Notes under the pieces: model-generated | What the model saw: the letters and a program-made list of their open reading frames with translations, nothing else | Told to the model about the DNA's origin: nothing | Databases searched by the model: none | Translations under genes and position numbers: made by a program | NCBI RefSeq assembly: GCF_006345805.1 | Contig: NC_043011.1 | Location: forward strand, 60,710,464-60,774,463 | Length of the DNA stretch: 64,000 nt | Reading direction: 5' to 3' | DNA from: Octopus sinensis | Taxonomy: Eukaryota | Part shown: positions 10,827-23,718 of the stretch, piece by piece | Layout: each line of letters starts with the position of its first letter | How positions within the stretch are numbered: position 1 is the first letter of the stretch

Positions 10827-13003
10827 GTATATTGGGTGGGTTTTTTTTTTCTTATATGGCACCAGAATCTGTAATCCCAATTAAATTCCACATAAAGGCA
10901 TGAAATGAGGTTTTAGTTGTCCCTCCATAAATGGCAAATACATATTAGTGGTAAGAATCTCTCAAGAGGTGAATGGCAGGTTTTCAGAGAAGAACCTTAC
11001 CCCTCCCCAACACACACACCAGAAAGTGTTTCAGCCCTTAATTACATACATATGCATGCGTGTGCATGTGTGTGTGTGTGCATGTATGTGTGCGTGTGTG
11101 TGTGTGCTGCACACATTTTCTCCTTTTGTCTGGCTTTTGTCAATCCACGATTATGCTTCAGCTAAAAGTTTGTGAAATAATAATATTTGTTATATGAAAT
11201 ACAAAAAATTTGCAAGCAATGAGCAATGTATAGATGGACATTAACCAACCGTTTGCACACACTTTCCCAGCCATTTATATGCTAGCGCAGTCTATTCATG
11301 CGTTGTTCAAATTTTAGCTCATTGGCTAAATATTTTGTTTCAACAGAAAAACTGTTGTACAATTTGTCGAATTAACATACAGTTCCTATCTGCTTTCCCA
11401 CCACTTATACACATGCACAGTCTGCTCATGGTTTGTCCTTCAAACTTCAGCTCACTAAACGAATGGACTTCCACTAACTTACATGCCAAGTCTAATTGCT
11501 GTACGTTGATCAAATTACAGTTTGTTTATGAAAGCTTAAATTTCATTGGAAAAACTGTTTGTTAATCAAATTTGTTTGCATAGAGAACTGTTTATGTATG
11601 GGTAATCTACTGTGTATGCGTGAATCTCTGTCCATTTTACTTTTTAAGCTTGACCACTGACTCAGTTATGCTTCTCTCAACCTCTCAATTCCTTCTCTAC
11701 TTTCAACCCAGGGGTTGTTTTTGAACCCTTCAGTCTATCTTTCTATTTGTCCACTTCCCATTTCCAGTCCTCCAGGACGTTTTCTACTGTGTTACTTATA
11801 CATATGTCTTGTCTCAGAACCACATGACTTTTATTTTGTTTGTGTATTTACATCCATACCCTCACCCATTACCTGTGTTGTGTTTGGTTTTGTCATTGTC
11901 ATCAATGTTTGCTCATTATTCCCAGCAGCCTTCTGTTGTTGACACAACCAAAAATGAACACTATTATAATTAAAGGAGTGAAATTGTAATGATATTTAGA
12001 TGATAACTGATGAGGAAAGACCTTGTCTATGTCTTGTGTGTGAATTTTCCATTTGCTTCTTTGTGTTCTGTTTAATTTCTGATGTAAGATTCATCCTCTA
12101 CAACAGAAGTGTTAAGGCCACTCCCCCTGGTGAAGAGGACTGGCCTACAAGCGACCTGTTCCAGTGCACATTGAAAGCACCCAGCACACATTATAAAGTG
12201 GTTGGCATTAGGAAGGGCATGAAGCTGTAGAAACCAGGCCAAGTCAGACTGGAACCTGGTGTAGCTCACCAGCTTGCCAGCTCCCATCAAAACACCCAAC
12301 CCATACTAGCACAGAAAACAGACATTAAAGGAAGATATTGATATATACATAGACTGACCAGGTAATCACGTACCTTCTCCACAAGGAACGTGTTTCTGTC
12401 TCTCTGCCACACTCTAACCATTCATCATCTGGCACAAGATCATCTCCTTCGATGGTCCATCATCACTCAACCTACCTGGTGATCAGGCAACCTACTTGAT
12501 GACCTGGCCAGTACTTCAAAAAGAACCATGCCAAAACTGACCTTGTCTGTGTTGGTCCCATGTAAAAAGCACTCGGCCCAGTCTGTACAGCGGTTGGTGT
12601 TAGGAAGGGCATCCAGCTGTAGAAACCCTGCCAACAAAGACAGTGAAACCTGGTGCAGCCTTCTGCCCAGCCAGCTCTTGTCAAACCGTCCAACCCATAC
12701 CAGCGTGGAAAGTGAACGTTAAATGATGAGGATGCAAGCATGTCTGTGTGGTTAAGTAGGTCACTTCACAACCACATGGCTTTAGGTTTTAGTCCCCCAG
12801 TGCAGCACTTTGAGCAAGTGTCTTCGACTATACACCCAGTATAATCAATGCCTTGTGAGTGAATTTAGTAGATGGAAACTGTGAGGAAGACTGTCATATA
12901 CATTTGTGTGGCTGTGTGTGTGTGTTTGTGCATATATGTGTTACGTATGCAGGTTACATGACTTTGTACTGGTCTCCCATCACTGCTGTATATATATATT
13001 ATA

Positions 13004-13047
<44 letters not shown>

Positions 13048-13090
13048 ATATATATATACATATATGTATGTATGTATGTATATATCTATA

Positions 13091-13547
13091 GGCGCAGGCG
13101 TGGTTGTGTGCTAAGAAGCTTGCTGACCAACCACATGATACTGGGTTCAGTCCCACTGTGTGGCAGCTTGGGCAAGTGTCTTCTACTATAGCCTTGGGCC
13201 AACCAAAGCCTTGTGAATGGATTTGGTAGACAGAAACTGAAAGAAGCCCGTTGCGTATATATATGTATGTGTGTGTGTGCGTGTGTGTGCTGTGCATGTA
13301 TATATATATATATATATATATATGCTTGTGTGTATATGTTTGTGTGTCAGTGTTTGTACCCCCACCATTGCTTGACAACTGATGTTGGTGTGTTTACATC
13401 CCCGTAACTTAGAGGATTGGCAAAAGGGGCCGATAGAATAAGTACTAGGCTTACAAAGAATAAGTCCTGGTGTTGATTTGCTCGACCAAAGGAGGTGCTC
13501 TAGCATGGCCACAGTCAAATGACTGAAACAAGTAAAAGAATCAAAGA
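13091..13547 (+). mobile_element. SINE family A, full length
   Basis: Matches the 7711-8152 copy. Confidence 0.85.
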
Positions 13548-13583
13548 ATATATATATATATAATGTATGTATATGTATATGTG

Positions 13584-13614
<31 letters not shown>

Positions 13615-13671
13615 ATGTATATATGTGTGTGTGTGTGTGTGTATGTATATATGTGTGTGTGTGTGTGTATG

Positions 13672-13748
<77 letters not shown>

Positions 13749-14579
13749 GTATGTATATAGGTATGTAAGGACACACAGAATAATATTCTTACTGTAGGTA
13801 TGATATCAAGTGCAGAATGGAATTGCATAAGCTAACTCATCTCTCCGCATTTGCCATTCATGTAAAAAGCAGATGTGAAGATAATGCTGATCATGATGAC
13901 AATGTTGTATAAATTATGTATGTTTGTGTATATACACCCACACACATAACACAAAGCCAACATGGAGGATTAATCATCTCATTCGCCACTTTCAGTCAAC
14001 CTCACGGATCCACTTATAGCAATGCAGCTGGTATGAGTTTTTGTTATGGTTTTTATTTTATTTGTGCAATTTGGTTTTCTTTTAACTTACAAATCATATT
14101 TAATTAAGCAAATCAAGCAAATTCAAGACATTAATTTAGATTAATATTAACAGTAAATAAGAGTAAAAACAATAATAATAATAATGATGACTTCTTTTAT
14201 TTGCCACAAGGATGTCAGATGAGGAGAACATTACAAAGACAGTACAGAGTTTATGTGAGTATTTACATAAAAGATGGGAAGAAATTAAATAAAATATTTG
14301 ATATTTAAATAAAAAATTACATAGAATACAAAATATATGACTAAATCTATAAAGCTGTGCTCTTGTTAGAAGAGGGTCCCCAGTTAGGACCAATCAAGGA
14401 ATCTCCGATCTAGGATCACGCTGGCCATTAAGGACACAAGCCCTCTCCCAAATATTATGCTCCAATCTGCTACAGTTTTGCCATGGCTTGTGTGCTTAGG
14501 AGTCAGGGTGATAGTGGATGTGTGGGGGTTCCTTGAGTGGCCCCTAGCTGGAGGGTTTTCCTTTATGAAGCGGACAGCA

Positions 14580-14788
14580 TTGTTTCTAAATTTGGGACAA
14601 GGTCAGAAATTTTGAGGAGAGAGGGAAGCTAATTGCATTAACACCCAGCACTGAACTGGTAGAGAAATTCCCAAAACGATGAAAGGTGAAGTTGATCTTG
14701 GTGGAATTTGAACTCAGAATGTAAAGATCCCAAAGAAATGCTAAGAATTTTGTCTGGTATGCCAATGATTCTGCCAGCTCAGCACAAC

Positions 14789-14842
<54 letters not shown>

Positions 14843-16440
14843 AAGGAGGAGGAGGGGGAGGAGGAAAAGGAGAAGGAGAAGAAGAAGAAGAAGAAGAAGA
14901 AGAAGAAGAAAGAAGAAGAATCCTTTATACTAAAGGCACAAGGCATGAAATTTGGTGGGAGGGGAGTAGTTGATTACATTGATCTCAGTGCATAACTGGT
15001 ACTTAATTTATCGACCCTGAAAGGATGAAAGACAAAGTCGACCTCAACAGAATTTGAACTCAGAATGTAAAGATAGACAAAATACTGCCGAGCATTTTGC
15101 TTGGCATGCTAACGATTCTGCCAATAATGGCTTCAAATTTTAGCACAAGGCCAGCAATTTCAGGGGAGGGAACTACTCAGTTACGCTGACCCAGTATTCA
15201 ACTGGTATTTATTTTATCAAGTGCGAAAAGGGTGAAAAACAAAGTCAGTTCTCTCAGCTCGCAACATTATCAACATCACCATCATTTCATATCTGTTTTC
15301 CACAGACAGTTTGACAAGAGCCAACTAGCTGAAGGGCTGTTCAGGCTCCCTGCCTGTTCTGGCATGGCTTCTATGGTGTAATGCCCTTCCTAAAACCAAC
15401 CACTTTACAAAGTATACTGGGTGCTTTTATGCAGCACTAGCTAACCCCTATTAATATTCTTATAATTTATAAACTCTTAATCTTAATACATAATCATTAC
15501 CATGCAACCGAATAAATCTTACTAATAATGATAACCCCAAAGTAGCCTCACAAACTCCAAAAACAACCACAATAATAACCAAATACAAATTCAAACTAAA
15601 GAAAAAAATTTAGAAAGAACTCTTAAAATATGAAAACAAAAAAAATCAACTAAAAGTAGCATTATCAACAGAAAACTCCACTCAAATCCAAGAGCCCACA
15701 AGATTAGGGATTTTCAGCAGGAATCTTTAGAGGGTTGCAGGGGACAAGCCTGTATGTAAGGGTAACCATGCTTTTACTTAATCTGGTGTATCTTTTCAAG
15801 CACAGCAAACCACCAGGAGTCTCAATCCCCTGCCATCCCCTCTGTGAGTCTCCACATTTGTAGATCCTTTCTCACCACTTTGCTCCATATCATGCTGGGT
15901 CAACCCTTTCCATACGTTCCCCCTACAGTCAGAGACTGGCATCTCTTGATGCAACAGCAACAACAACAAGAATCTTTTCTACTGGATGAACAAGGCTTCA
16001 AATTTGGGGGAAGGGATTAAGTCGATTACATCTACCCCAGTGAGTAACTGGTACTTATTTAATCAACCCCGAAAGGATAAAAGGCAAAGTCGACCCCAGC
16101 ATAATTTGAACTCAGAATTTAGTGACAAATGAAATACTGCTAAGTATTTCGCCCAGTGTGTTAACAATTCTGCCAGCTCACCACCTAAAGAACAACTACA
16201 ACAACAATAATAATAATAATAAAGGTTTCAAATTTTGGCACAAGGCCAGCAATATCAGAGAAGTGGGTAAAGTTGATTGACCCCCCCACAGGGTTTAACA
16301 GGGCACTTATCTTATTGACCCTGAAATAACGAAAGGGAAAGTCAACCTCAGCAGAATTTGAACTCAGAACGCAAAGATGGACAAAATGCCACAAAGCGTT
16401 TCTTCTGGCGTGCGACTGATTCTATCAGTTTGCTGCCTTA
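14580..16440 (-). mobile_element. Cluster of decayed family B SINE copies chained by (AAT)n/(GAA)n tracts
   Basis: Repeated 'gaaaggcaaagtcgacc...gaatttgaactcagaa' blocks at about 14.6, 15.0, 16.0 and 16.3 kb. Confidence 0.75.
15770..15960 (-). pseudogene. RTE LINE ORF2 C-terminal fragment
   Basis: Minus strand translates ...KRCQSLTVGGTYGKG*PSMIWSKVVRKDLQMWRLTEGMAGD*DSWWFAVLEK, matching the RTE motif 'G.R.RGRP..W...V..D...DR..W'. Confidence 0.7.
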
Positions 16441-17291
16441 AAAATAACAACAACAACAACAATAATGGTGACGAGACGATGATTAATTTTGATTCTAGTC
16501 AGGAGGTGGTGTGTTAGTTAATTGCTCCAACAGCAATACTACAAAGGTCCTTACGGACCCTAAAATTATAATAAACAAAGTTGTCCACCGTAATGGGGCT
16601 TGTGCTATATCTAGACAAAACTTTTCTCTTGTTCCTTTCGTTTGTTGTTATTTGGGTCTGTAACTTAGGGGTTTGACAAACGGAGACTGATAAAATAAGT
16701 ACTTGGCTTAAAACTAATAAGTAGTGAGGTTGATTTGTGAGAATAAACTCTTCAAAGTGGTGTTCCAGCATGGCCACAGTCCAATAACTGAAACAAGATA
16801 CACCCCACCCCCGCCCAACATCTAAAACTCAAAACACACAATTTAATCAATAATTACAAGTGTATAAATTGAATTGAATTACAGGTGCATAAATTGAATT
16901 GTATCACAATAGAATTGGACACTACCACAACACAGACTGAAGAAATGGTTCTTAAAAGCATAAAGTGTATAACAGAACTGTCATCGTCTACCCACACACC
17001 CACACACTGTGAGTATTCAGAAATCTATAAATACATATCCATGCAACAACTCTTAACGATACATTGGACTGAAATATATGAGATACAATGTCAACTACTT
17101 CCTGTAAAAAGTGGTCGACAGTTACATCAAAATCACTGAAAAGGCTGGCTTTGCATACATTTATAAATAGCCAATTAAATAGACAGAGAAACAAACAGAT
17201 GGACAGTGAAGCATAGGAACTAGAATAGAAGAGAAAAGAAGGTTCACAATCAATTTTATTAGCAGGACCCTTAAGTGAGAAGGGGAAAAAG

Positions 17292-17526
17292 TTAACCCTC
17301 CAGCATTTAAACCAGCCATGTCCGGCCTGAATATTCTACTAGTTTTACTAAATGTTATGCAGGTTCAAACCAACCAGATCTGGTCTCTTTCACCTACTCT
17401 ACAATGTCATTCTTAAAATATACAATGACATTATTAAAATTTCAAGGCTATTAGATAATGTATGATTAATTTCTAAACAAAGAATTATCGCATTTGACAG
17501 AGTAATCCAAATGGTAAAGGGGTTAA
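17292..17526. mobile_element. piggyBac-type MITE (family 2)
   Basis: TTAA|CCCT...GGGG|TTAA ends. Confidence 0.6.
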
Positions 17527-18194
17527 ATTAGCCATATCCGGTCAAAGTATTCCAGCTGTTTTATGTCATGTCATCAGAATTTTGAAATTACAAGAGAAAG
17601 CAAGATTAATTCAAAACATTGTGAATAAACAAGAATGATATTCGACAGAGTAATCCGAGAACACTGAAGGATTAATGACTACAACACTTTGGATAATAGA
17701 AAAAGCAAAGGAAAGATTAGGAGAGACTGGGAAATGAAAGAAAAAAGGGGGGAAGAAGGAAGTTATCCCAACAAGAGAAACCTTATGGCATTGGTCTACA
17801 ATAGTGGTTCTCAACCGTTTCTTGTTGTTTTTTTCACCTGTGTACCATTTTGATTTCTCTTTTACTCAAATGGACCCCCATCTAATTTATATTTTTATAA
17901 TTTTAGGACAAAAATATTATAAAGAATTGTATTCTTTGATTCTTTTACTTGTTTCAGTCATTTGACTGCGGCCATGCTGGAGCACCACCTTTAGTCGATC
18001 AAATCGACCCCAGGACTTATTCTTTGTAAGCCTAGTACTTATTCTATCAGTCTCTTTTGCTGAACCGCTAAGTTACAGGGATGTAAATACACCAGCATCG
18101 GTTGTCAAGTGATGTCGGAGGGACAAACACAGACACACAAACATCTACACACACATACATATAAATAGAGTCAAAATTCCTACAAAAGTTAGTT

Positions 18195-18235
18195 CCATTT
18201 GAAAACTCCACTAGAGTGGACGAAAGCACTAATAT
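18195..18235 (+). ncRNA. Hammerhead relic, U3-A8 variant
   Basis: Core UUGAAAA; stem II (C)UCCAC-UAGA-GUGGA(C); GAA; stem III AGCACU (CpG-decayed AGCGCU); A17. Stem I is eroded. Confidence 0.55.
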
Positions 18236-18329
18236 ATGATATATGATTTATAAAAACATGTAATATACAAATAAATATCTGTAAATATAAAACCATCCGG
18301 ATTTCTGAGTACCTCATTTCTTCTAATAC

Positions 18330-18362
<33 letters not shown>

Positions 18363-18455
18363 AAGTTAATCCAAACAAGAAAACAAAAAGACAACAACGC
18401 AAGGATGTGGAACAAATAAAGTATTATAGGACACTCAGGAAAGAAGGGAAGGAGG

Positions 18456-18490
18456 GTTTGACATTTCGAGCGGAGCTCTTCGTCGGAAAC
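18456..18490 (-). ncRNA. Minimal type-I hammerhead (C4 variant) at a PLE-like 3' end
   Basis: Minus strand reads GUUU CCGACGA A GAGC-UCC-GCUC GAAA U GUC AAAC. Stem I is GUUU/AAAC and the cleavage triplet is GUC. Confidence 0.65.
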
Positions 18491-18652
18491 ATAGGAGAAA
18501 GAAAGATCCTGAGACGGGAGGACAGAGGAAAAAAAATTGCAGGTAGTACTCACGAGGTCACATACTAAAAAGACGGAAGTGGTAAAAATGGAGGAAAATG
18601 TTTTTTAAAAGCATGAGAGCTGAATCAAAGAAGGAATGGTAAGAAGCCCGTC

Positions 18653-18684
<32 letters not shown>

Positions 18685-19313
18685 GACGGGCTTCTTTCAG
18701 TTTCCGTCAACCAAATTCCCTCACAAGGCTTTGGTCGGCCCGAGGCTATAGTAGAAGACACTTGCCCAAGGTGTCATGCAGTAGGACTGAACCTGGAACC
18801 TTGTGATTGGTAAACAAGCTACTTCCACACAGCCACTCCTATATAAAAAAAATTGTTAAAATATTCTGTGAATAACCAATTTATTGTACACAGATTTTAA
18901 GAACAAAATGGACCCCCAAGGATCATATGGACTCCTAAGGGTCAAATGGACCCCTGAGGGTCATGTGGACCCCAGTTGAGTACCACTTGTCCACCGGTGT
19001 TAGCCACCGATTGACCGGAAATAAAGAGTTGGCTAATTGGGGCATGTTTTGGTAGGAGACTTAAGCAGAAGGACAGGTAAGTCTGTTCATGTTAAAATTT
19101 GTCTGTGTGTTTGAGGGGGGGGGGGAGTGTTTCTGTGTGATTGGTACAGAGTAATAATTTACATGAACCACATGCGACTACGTTCGTGTTTGTGTAGGTT
19201 AGCTACATGTACATATCCATGTAGAGAATACAGAAATGTGTCTGTTTTTCACATTGTATTTATTCTCCATGTGTCTGTATGCTCATGTGCTGCCAAACAG
19301 AAAGATGAACTTT

Positions 19314-19381
<68 letters not shown>

Positions 19382-19869
19382 TATATATACGGGTTAATGA
19401 TCATGTTTACCACTTGCTGTGAACTTAATGGATTTATTTTACGTATCAGAAATATTTCGTATTGCAGCTGCTGAAGATTATAATTGCATAATTCAAGTTT
19501 TGTTGTTTTTTTAAAATATAAAGCATATTTTCATTTAATCAAAGATATTTGGAGTATATAGTTCAATAATAATAATAATAATAATAATAATAATCATAAT
19601 AATAATAATCATAATAATAATTCTTTGTTCCATCTGTTTAAGGTCTGAAATTTTAGTGGGTGGAGGGTAGTCGATTATATAGATCACTAGTGCTCAAACT
19701 GGTATTTATTTCATTGACACCTGAATGGACAAAAGGCTGAGTTGACCTCAGTGGAATTTGAACTCAGAATGGTAAAAGAGCAGGAAGAAATGCTTGAGCA
19801 TTCTGACAGACTGCTGTCTTAATAATAGCCCTTTCATATTTTGGCAATTTTGAGGGGAGGGGGAGGTTG

Positions 19870-20058
19870 ATTACAGTGACCACCCTCACGCCGCCCTGGA
19901 TGGGACACCAGTCCATTGCAGGATTAGACCTTTCTGCCAGCTAACTGGACAAAGAGCTGAGTGAAATGAAGTGTTTTGCTCAAGAACACAATGCGTCGCC
20001 CGGTCCAGGTATCGAAACCACAATCTTATGCTCATGAGCTCAACATCCTAAGCTCTAA
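19870..20058 (-). mobile_element. CORE-like tRNA-headed SINE (family E), decayed
   Basis: Reverse complement of '...gtttcgatacctggaccggg...gttgtgttcttgagcaaaacacttcattt'. Confidence 0.6.
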
Positions 20059-20188
20059 GTCCCAAACAGTTCTGATTCATCCAACCCATGATTGAAAACA
20101 TTCAAATCACTTCTCTAAACCATTTATCTTTTGTTTTGCATGAGTAATGTACAACGAACATTGACCTATAAAGCCATGTTTTTTCTCT

Positions 20189-20416
20189 TTAACCTTTTCA
20201 TTACCAAACTGGCTGAAACTGGCTCTGGCTCTGAGTACAAATGTCTTGTTTTCATAAGTTTGAATTAAGATCTTTCACCAAACCTTGGTCACAATTTATG
20301 TTCCTAACACTAGCTTAAGGATAACTAAGTTATTTTACTAAATTCTTTGTTATATTTAAAATTAATTGAAAGAAACAGAGAGCATCTCAAATTAAATACA
20401 GTAATGAAAGGATTAA
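20189..20416. mobile_element. piggyBac-type MITE (family 1)
   Basis: TTAA TSD and 'cc(c)ttt..ttacc...gtaa..aaagg' TIR; about 225 bp; five copies in the window. Confidence 0.75.
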
Positions 20417-20727
20417 GATGGTAGGATGTGGTTTGAAGTAGATTTGGTTGCTATTTTTAAAGCCTGAAGAAATGATACTTAATATGACAATGGTTCTGCC
20501 AGCTCACTGCCCTTTATGGATTAAAATCTTGGGATGAGGTCAACAAATTTAGAGGAAGTGCATTAGTTAATTACATCAACCCAGAAAGGATGAAAGGCAA
20601 AGTCAACCTCAATGGAATTTGAACTCAGAACACAAACAGCCAGAAGAAATGTCACTTAAGCATTTCACGTGATGTGCTAACGATTCTGCCAACTCACCGC
20701 CTGAATGTTAATAATAATAATAATAAT

Positions 20728-20995
20728 GAGGAGAAGAAGAAGAAGAAGAAGAAGAAGAAGAAGAAAAGAAGAAGGAGAAGAAGAAGAAGAAGAGAAGAAG
20801 GAAAAGAAGAAGAAGAAGAAGGAAAAGAAGAAGAAAAGAAGAAGAAGAAGAAGAAGAAGGAAAGAAAAGAAGAAGAAGAAGAAGAAGAAGAAGAAGAAGA
20901 AGGAAAAGAAGAAGAAGAAGAAGAAGAAGAAGAAGAAGAAGAAGAAGAAGAAGAAGAAGAAAGAAGAAAATGAAGAAGAAAAAAAAGAAGAAGAA
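20728..20995. repeat. (GAA)n purine tract between two family B SINEs
   Basis: Direct reading of the sequence. Confidence 0.95.
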
Positions 20996-22083
20996 TCTTT
21001 TCTACTCTAGGCACAAGGTCCGAAATTTTGGGGGAGGGGGCCAGTCAATTAGATCAACCCCAGTACACAACTGGTACTTAATTTATCGAACCCGAGAGAA
21101 TGAAAGGCAAAGTCAACCTTGGCATAAAAACAAGCGAAATAGCCCTAAGCATTTCACCCAGTGTACTAACGTTTCTGCCAGCTCACCGCCTTTATAATAA
21201 TAATGATAATAATAATTATCATTATAATTATTGATATTATTATCAATATTATTATTATTATTAATATAATTACTACTCCCATTACTAATACCATTACTAT
21301 AATTAACACCATGTTCCCAATAGCCTTCTTATGCGACCTTCAAAAATCTCAGCAAATGCACATCTGCATTCGCAAGGTGTGTGCAGTATTGTGTTTTGGG
21401 AGTGTAGGATTGTATGTCATATCCGTTTTGTTTTGTTGTGCTGTTTGTTTTTGTTGTTTTTCCGGTTACTTTAATGGGTTTTGTTTTGTTTTTCTCTGTT
21501 GTTCACAATATTTATTTCATGAGTCATGTTATTTTGCTCTATATAACAAGTTGTGTTTCCTATGTACGTGTTCTGCTACACGTTATATGTGTTGTATCAT
21601 CAGGTGGTGATTGTATAAATAGGAGGTGCATTGTGTGTGTCATCCTGTGTATTGTGCATGAATTTCATCTTGTGTGCGCACATGCTGTCTTGTGAGATTG
21701 TGTGAGCGTGATTTCAATTCTCAGATCAGGCAGTGTGTTGTGTTTTAGAGCAAAACACTTCACCTTGTACTGCCCTGTGATTACTTCAACACCTGACTTG
21801 TGGTACGCCGTACACCTTTACAAGCAATGTCAATTTGAGGGGAGCAGAGAGCTAATATACAGTACAATCACTGTAAACTATAAACCCTGTGCTTGTGCCA
21901 CAAAAAAAGCACTGAGTCCACTCTGCTGAGTGGTTGGTATTAGGAAGGGCGTCCAGCTGTAAAAATCCGGCCAGAACAGTCATAGAAGCCTGGTGCAAGC
22001 TTCAACCTGGCCGGCTCTCCAGTGAAACAGTCCCAGCCGTGGAAAGCGGACATTAAACGATGATATCACCTGAGTAGTTATAC

Positions 22084-22485
22084 TTTTATTCTTTCACTTG
22101 TTTCAATCATTTGACTGTGGCCATGCTGGAGCACTGCCTTTAGACGAGCAAATCGACCCCAGGACTTATTCTTTGTAAGCCCAGTATTCATTCTATCGGT
22201 CTCTTTTGCGAACTGCCAAATTACGGGGATGTAAACACACCAACATCAGTTATCAAGTGATGTTGGGGGGGGGGGAACACACCCACACGCACATATGTAT
22301 ATATATATACATATATATATATATGACGGGCTTCTTTCAGTTTCCATCTACCAAATCCACTCACAAGGCTTTGGTTGGTCCGAGGCTATAGTAGAAGACA
22401 CTTGCAGAAAGTGCCAAGCAGTGGGACTGAACCTGGAAACATGTGGTTGGTAAGCAAGGTATTTACCACACAGCCATGCTGCGCC
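22084..22485 (-). mobile_element. SINE family A, full length
   Basis: Matches other copies. Confidence 0.85.
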
Positions 22486-22499
22486 TTCAGCAAAAAATG

Positions 22500-22865
22500 A
22501 CCAAACTCTCACCTCTTGTCTATGGCAGCAGAGTCCATGATTATACAATTAAGGTGATGATTATGCAAAAAACATTTTTTCCCGCTAAGAGTTGCTGAAG
22601 CATGGAACAAACTGTCAGCATCAGTTGTTAGTTGTCGGAGCACTGCATCCTTCAAAACTTCCATGCTTCCTGAGATTCGCCAACACTACACCTGATTTTC
22701 TCCCCTCCATACACATGCCAGCATGTATCTGACTCATACACTGTTCGCTTTCCAGACATTTGTACATTACTGCATGTACTTTATATGCACTTTTGACAAG
22801 TTGTGGTGCCCCTGAGCACTGTATACAATAATTTCATTATTATTATTATATTATTATTATTATTA
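22500..22865 (+). mobile_element. CR1-clade LINE 3' end
   Basis: Translates FFPLRVAEAWNKLSASVVSCRSTASFKTS, matching the CR1 ORF2 end 'FF..RV...WN.LP..VV......FK'. Followed by a 3' UTR and (TTA)n tail. Confidence 0.75.
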
Positions 22866-22975
22866 AAATGTATTGTGTGAGTTGTATTGCTTGTGTTTGT
22901 TTTGTTTTTTCTTTTAGTGGAGGTGGTGAATACATTGAATATGTGCTGTGTGAGTTACCATATTCTATGGCTTAA

Positions 22976-23572
22976 AACTGGTTCTCAGCCATTTTGTTTT
23001 GCATATGGACAGCTTTAATTCCTGTTTTACTCAACTGGACCCTCACAGCCATTTCATGTTTAAAATAATCTTATTATATTTTTATAGCAACAGCACTGGT
23101 GCTGGTGTCACATAAAAAGCACCAATGCTGGTGCCATGCTAAAAGGCACTGGGGCTGGTACCACATAAAAGGCACTGGGGCTGGTACCACATAAAAGGCA
23201 CTGGTGCCATGTAAAATGCGCCAGTGCTGGTGACTTGTAAAAAGCATTGGTGCTGGTGCCACATAAAAAGTACCCAGTACACTCTGTAAAGTGAATGAGG
23301 AAGGGCATCTAGCCATAGAAACCCTGCCAAAACAGACTACGGATCCTGGTGCAGACCCAGTCCATACTTGCTCCTGTCAAACAGTCTAACCCATGCCAAC
23401 ATAAAAAACAGACGTTAGGTGATGATGAATGAAATATTGAGAAATAAAACAAAAAAACTGTTAAAATAATTTGCGTATTTTAAGAGTTATAACTAATTAA
23501 TTGCATGTAAATTGTAACAACAAAATCTGATATTAGACCCTTAAGGGTCATATGACCCCATTCAAGAACCAG
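22976..23572. mobile_element. hAT-type MITE, second copy, with a nested family C element (about 23095-23428)
   Basis: 'ctggttctcagcc...ttcaagaaccag' ends, with ggaccc subrepeats as in 17802-18988. Confidence 0.5.
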
Positions 23573-23718
23573 AGGCATAAAGGATGCATGAACATGTTAG
23601 CTGCACCCAAATTTCAGCAGTGTACATTCAGGAAAAAAGTTTTTAGTGCATTAAAACTTATGTGAGACATTTTCACAAATAGAAACCCAGAGTTGTATTT
23701 TTGGACAAAAAGTGCATC

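Larger units (their letters stand above)
17802..18988. mobile_element. hAT (Charlie-like) MITE with nested insertions
   Basis: TIRs 'tagtggttctcaac' and 'gttgagtaccact', subterminal 'ggacccc' repeats, and a decayed 8-bp TSD (gtctacaa/gtccaccg). Confidence 0.6.

Noticed and set aside
20674-21014. Poly-Lys/Glu/Arg/Ser ORFs
   Set aside because: Translation of an (AAT)n(GAA)n tract between SINEs.
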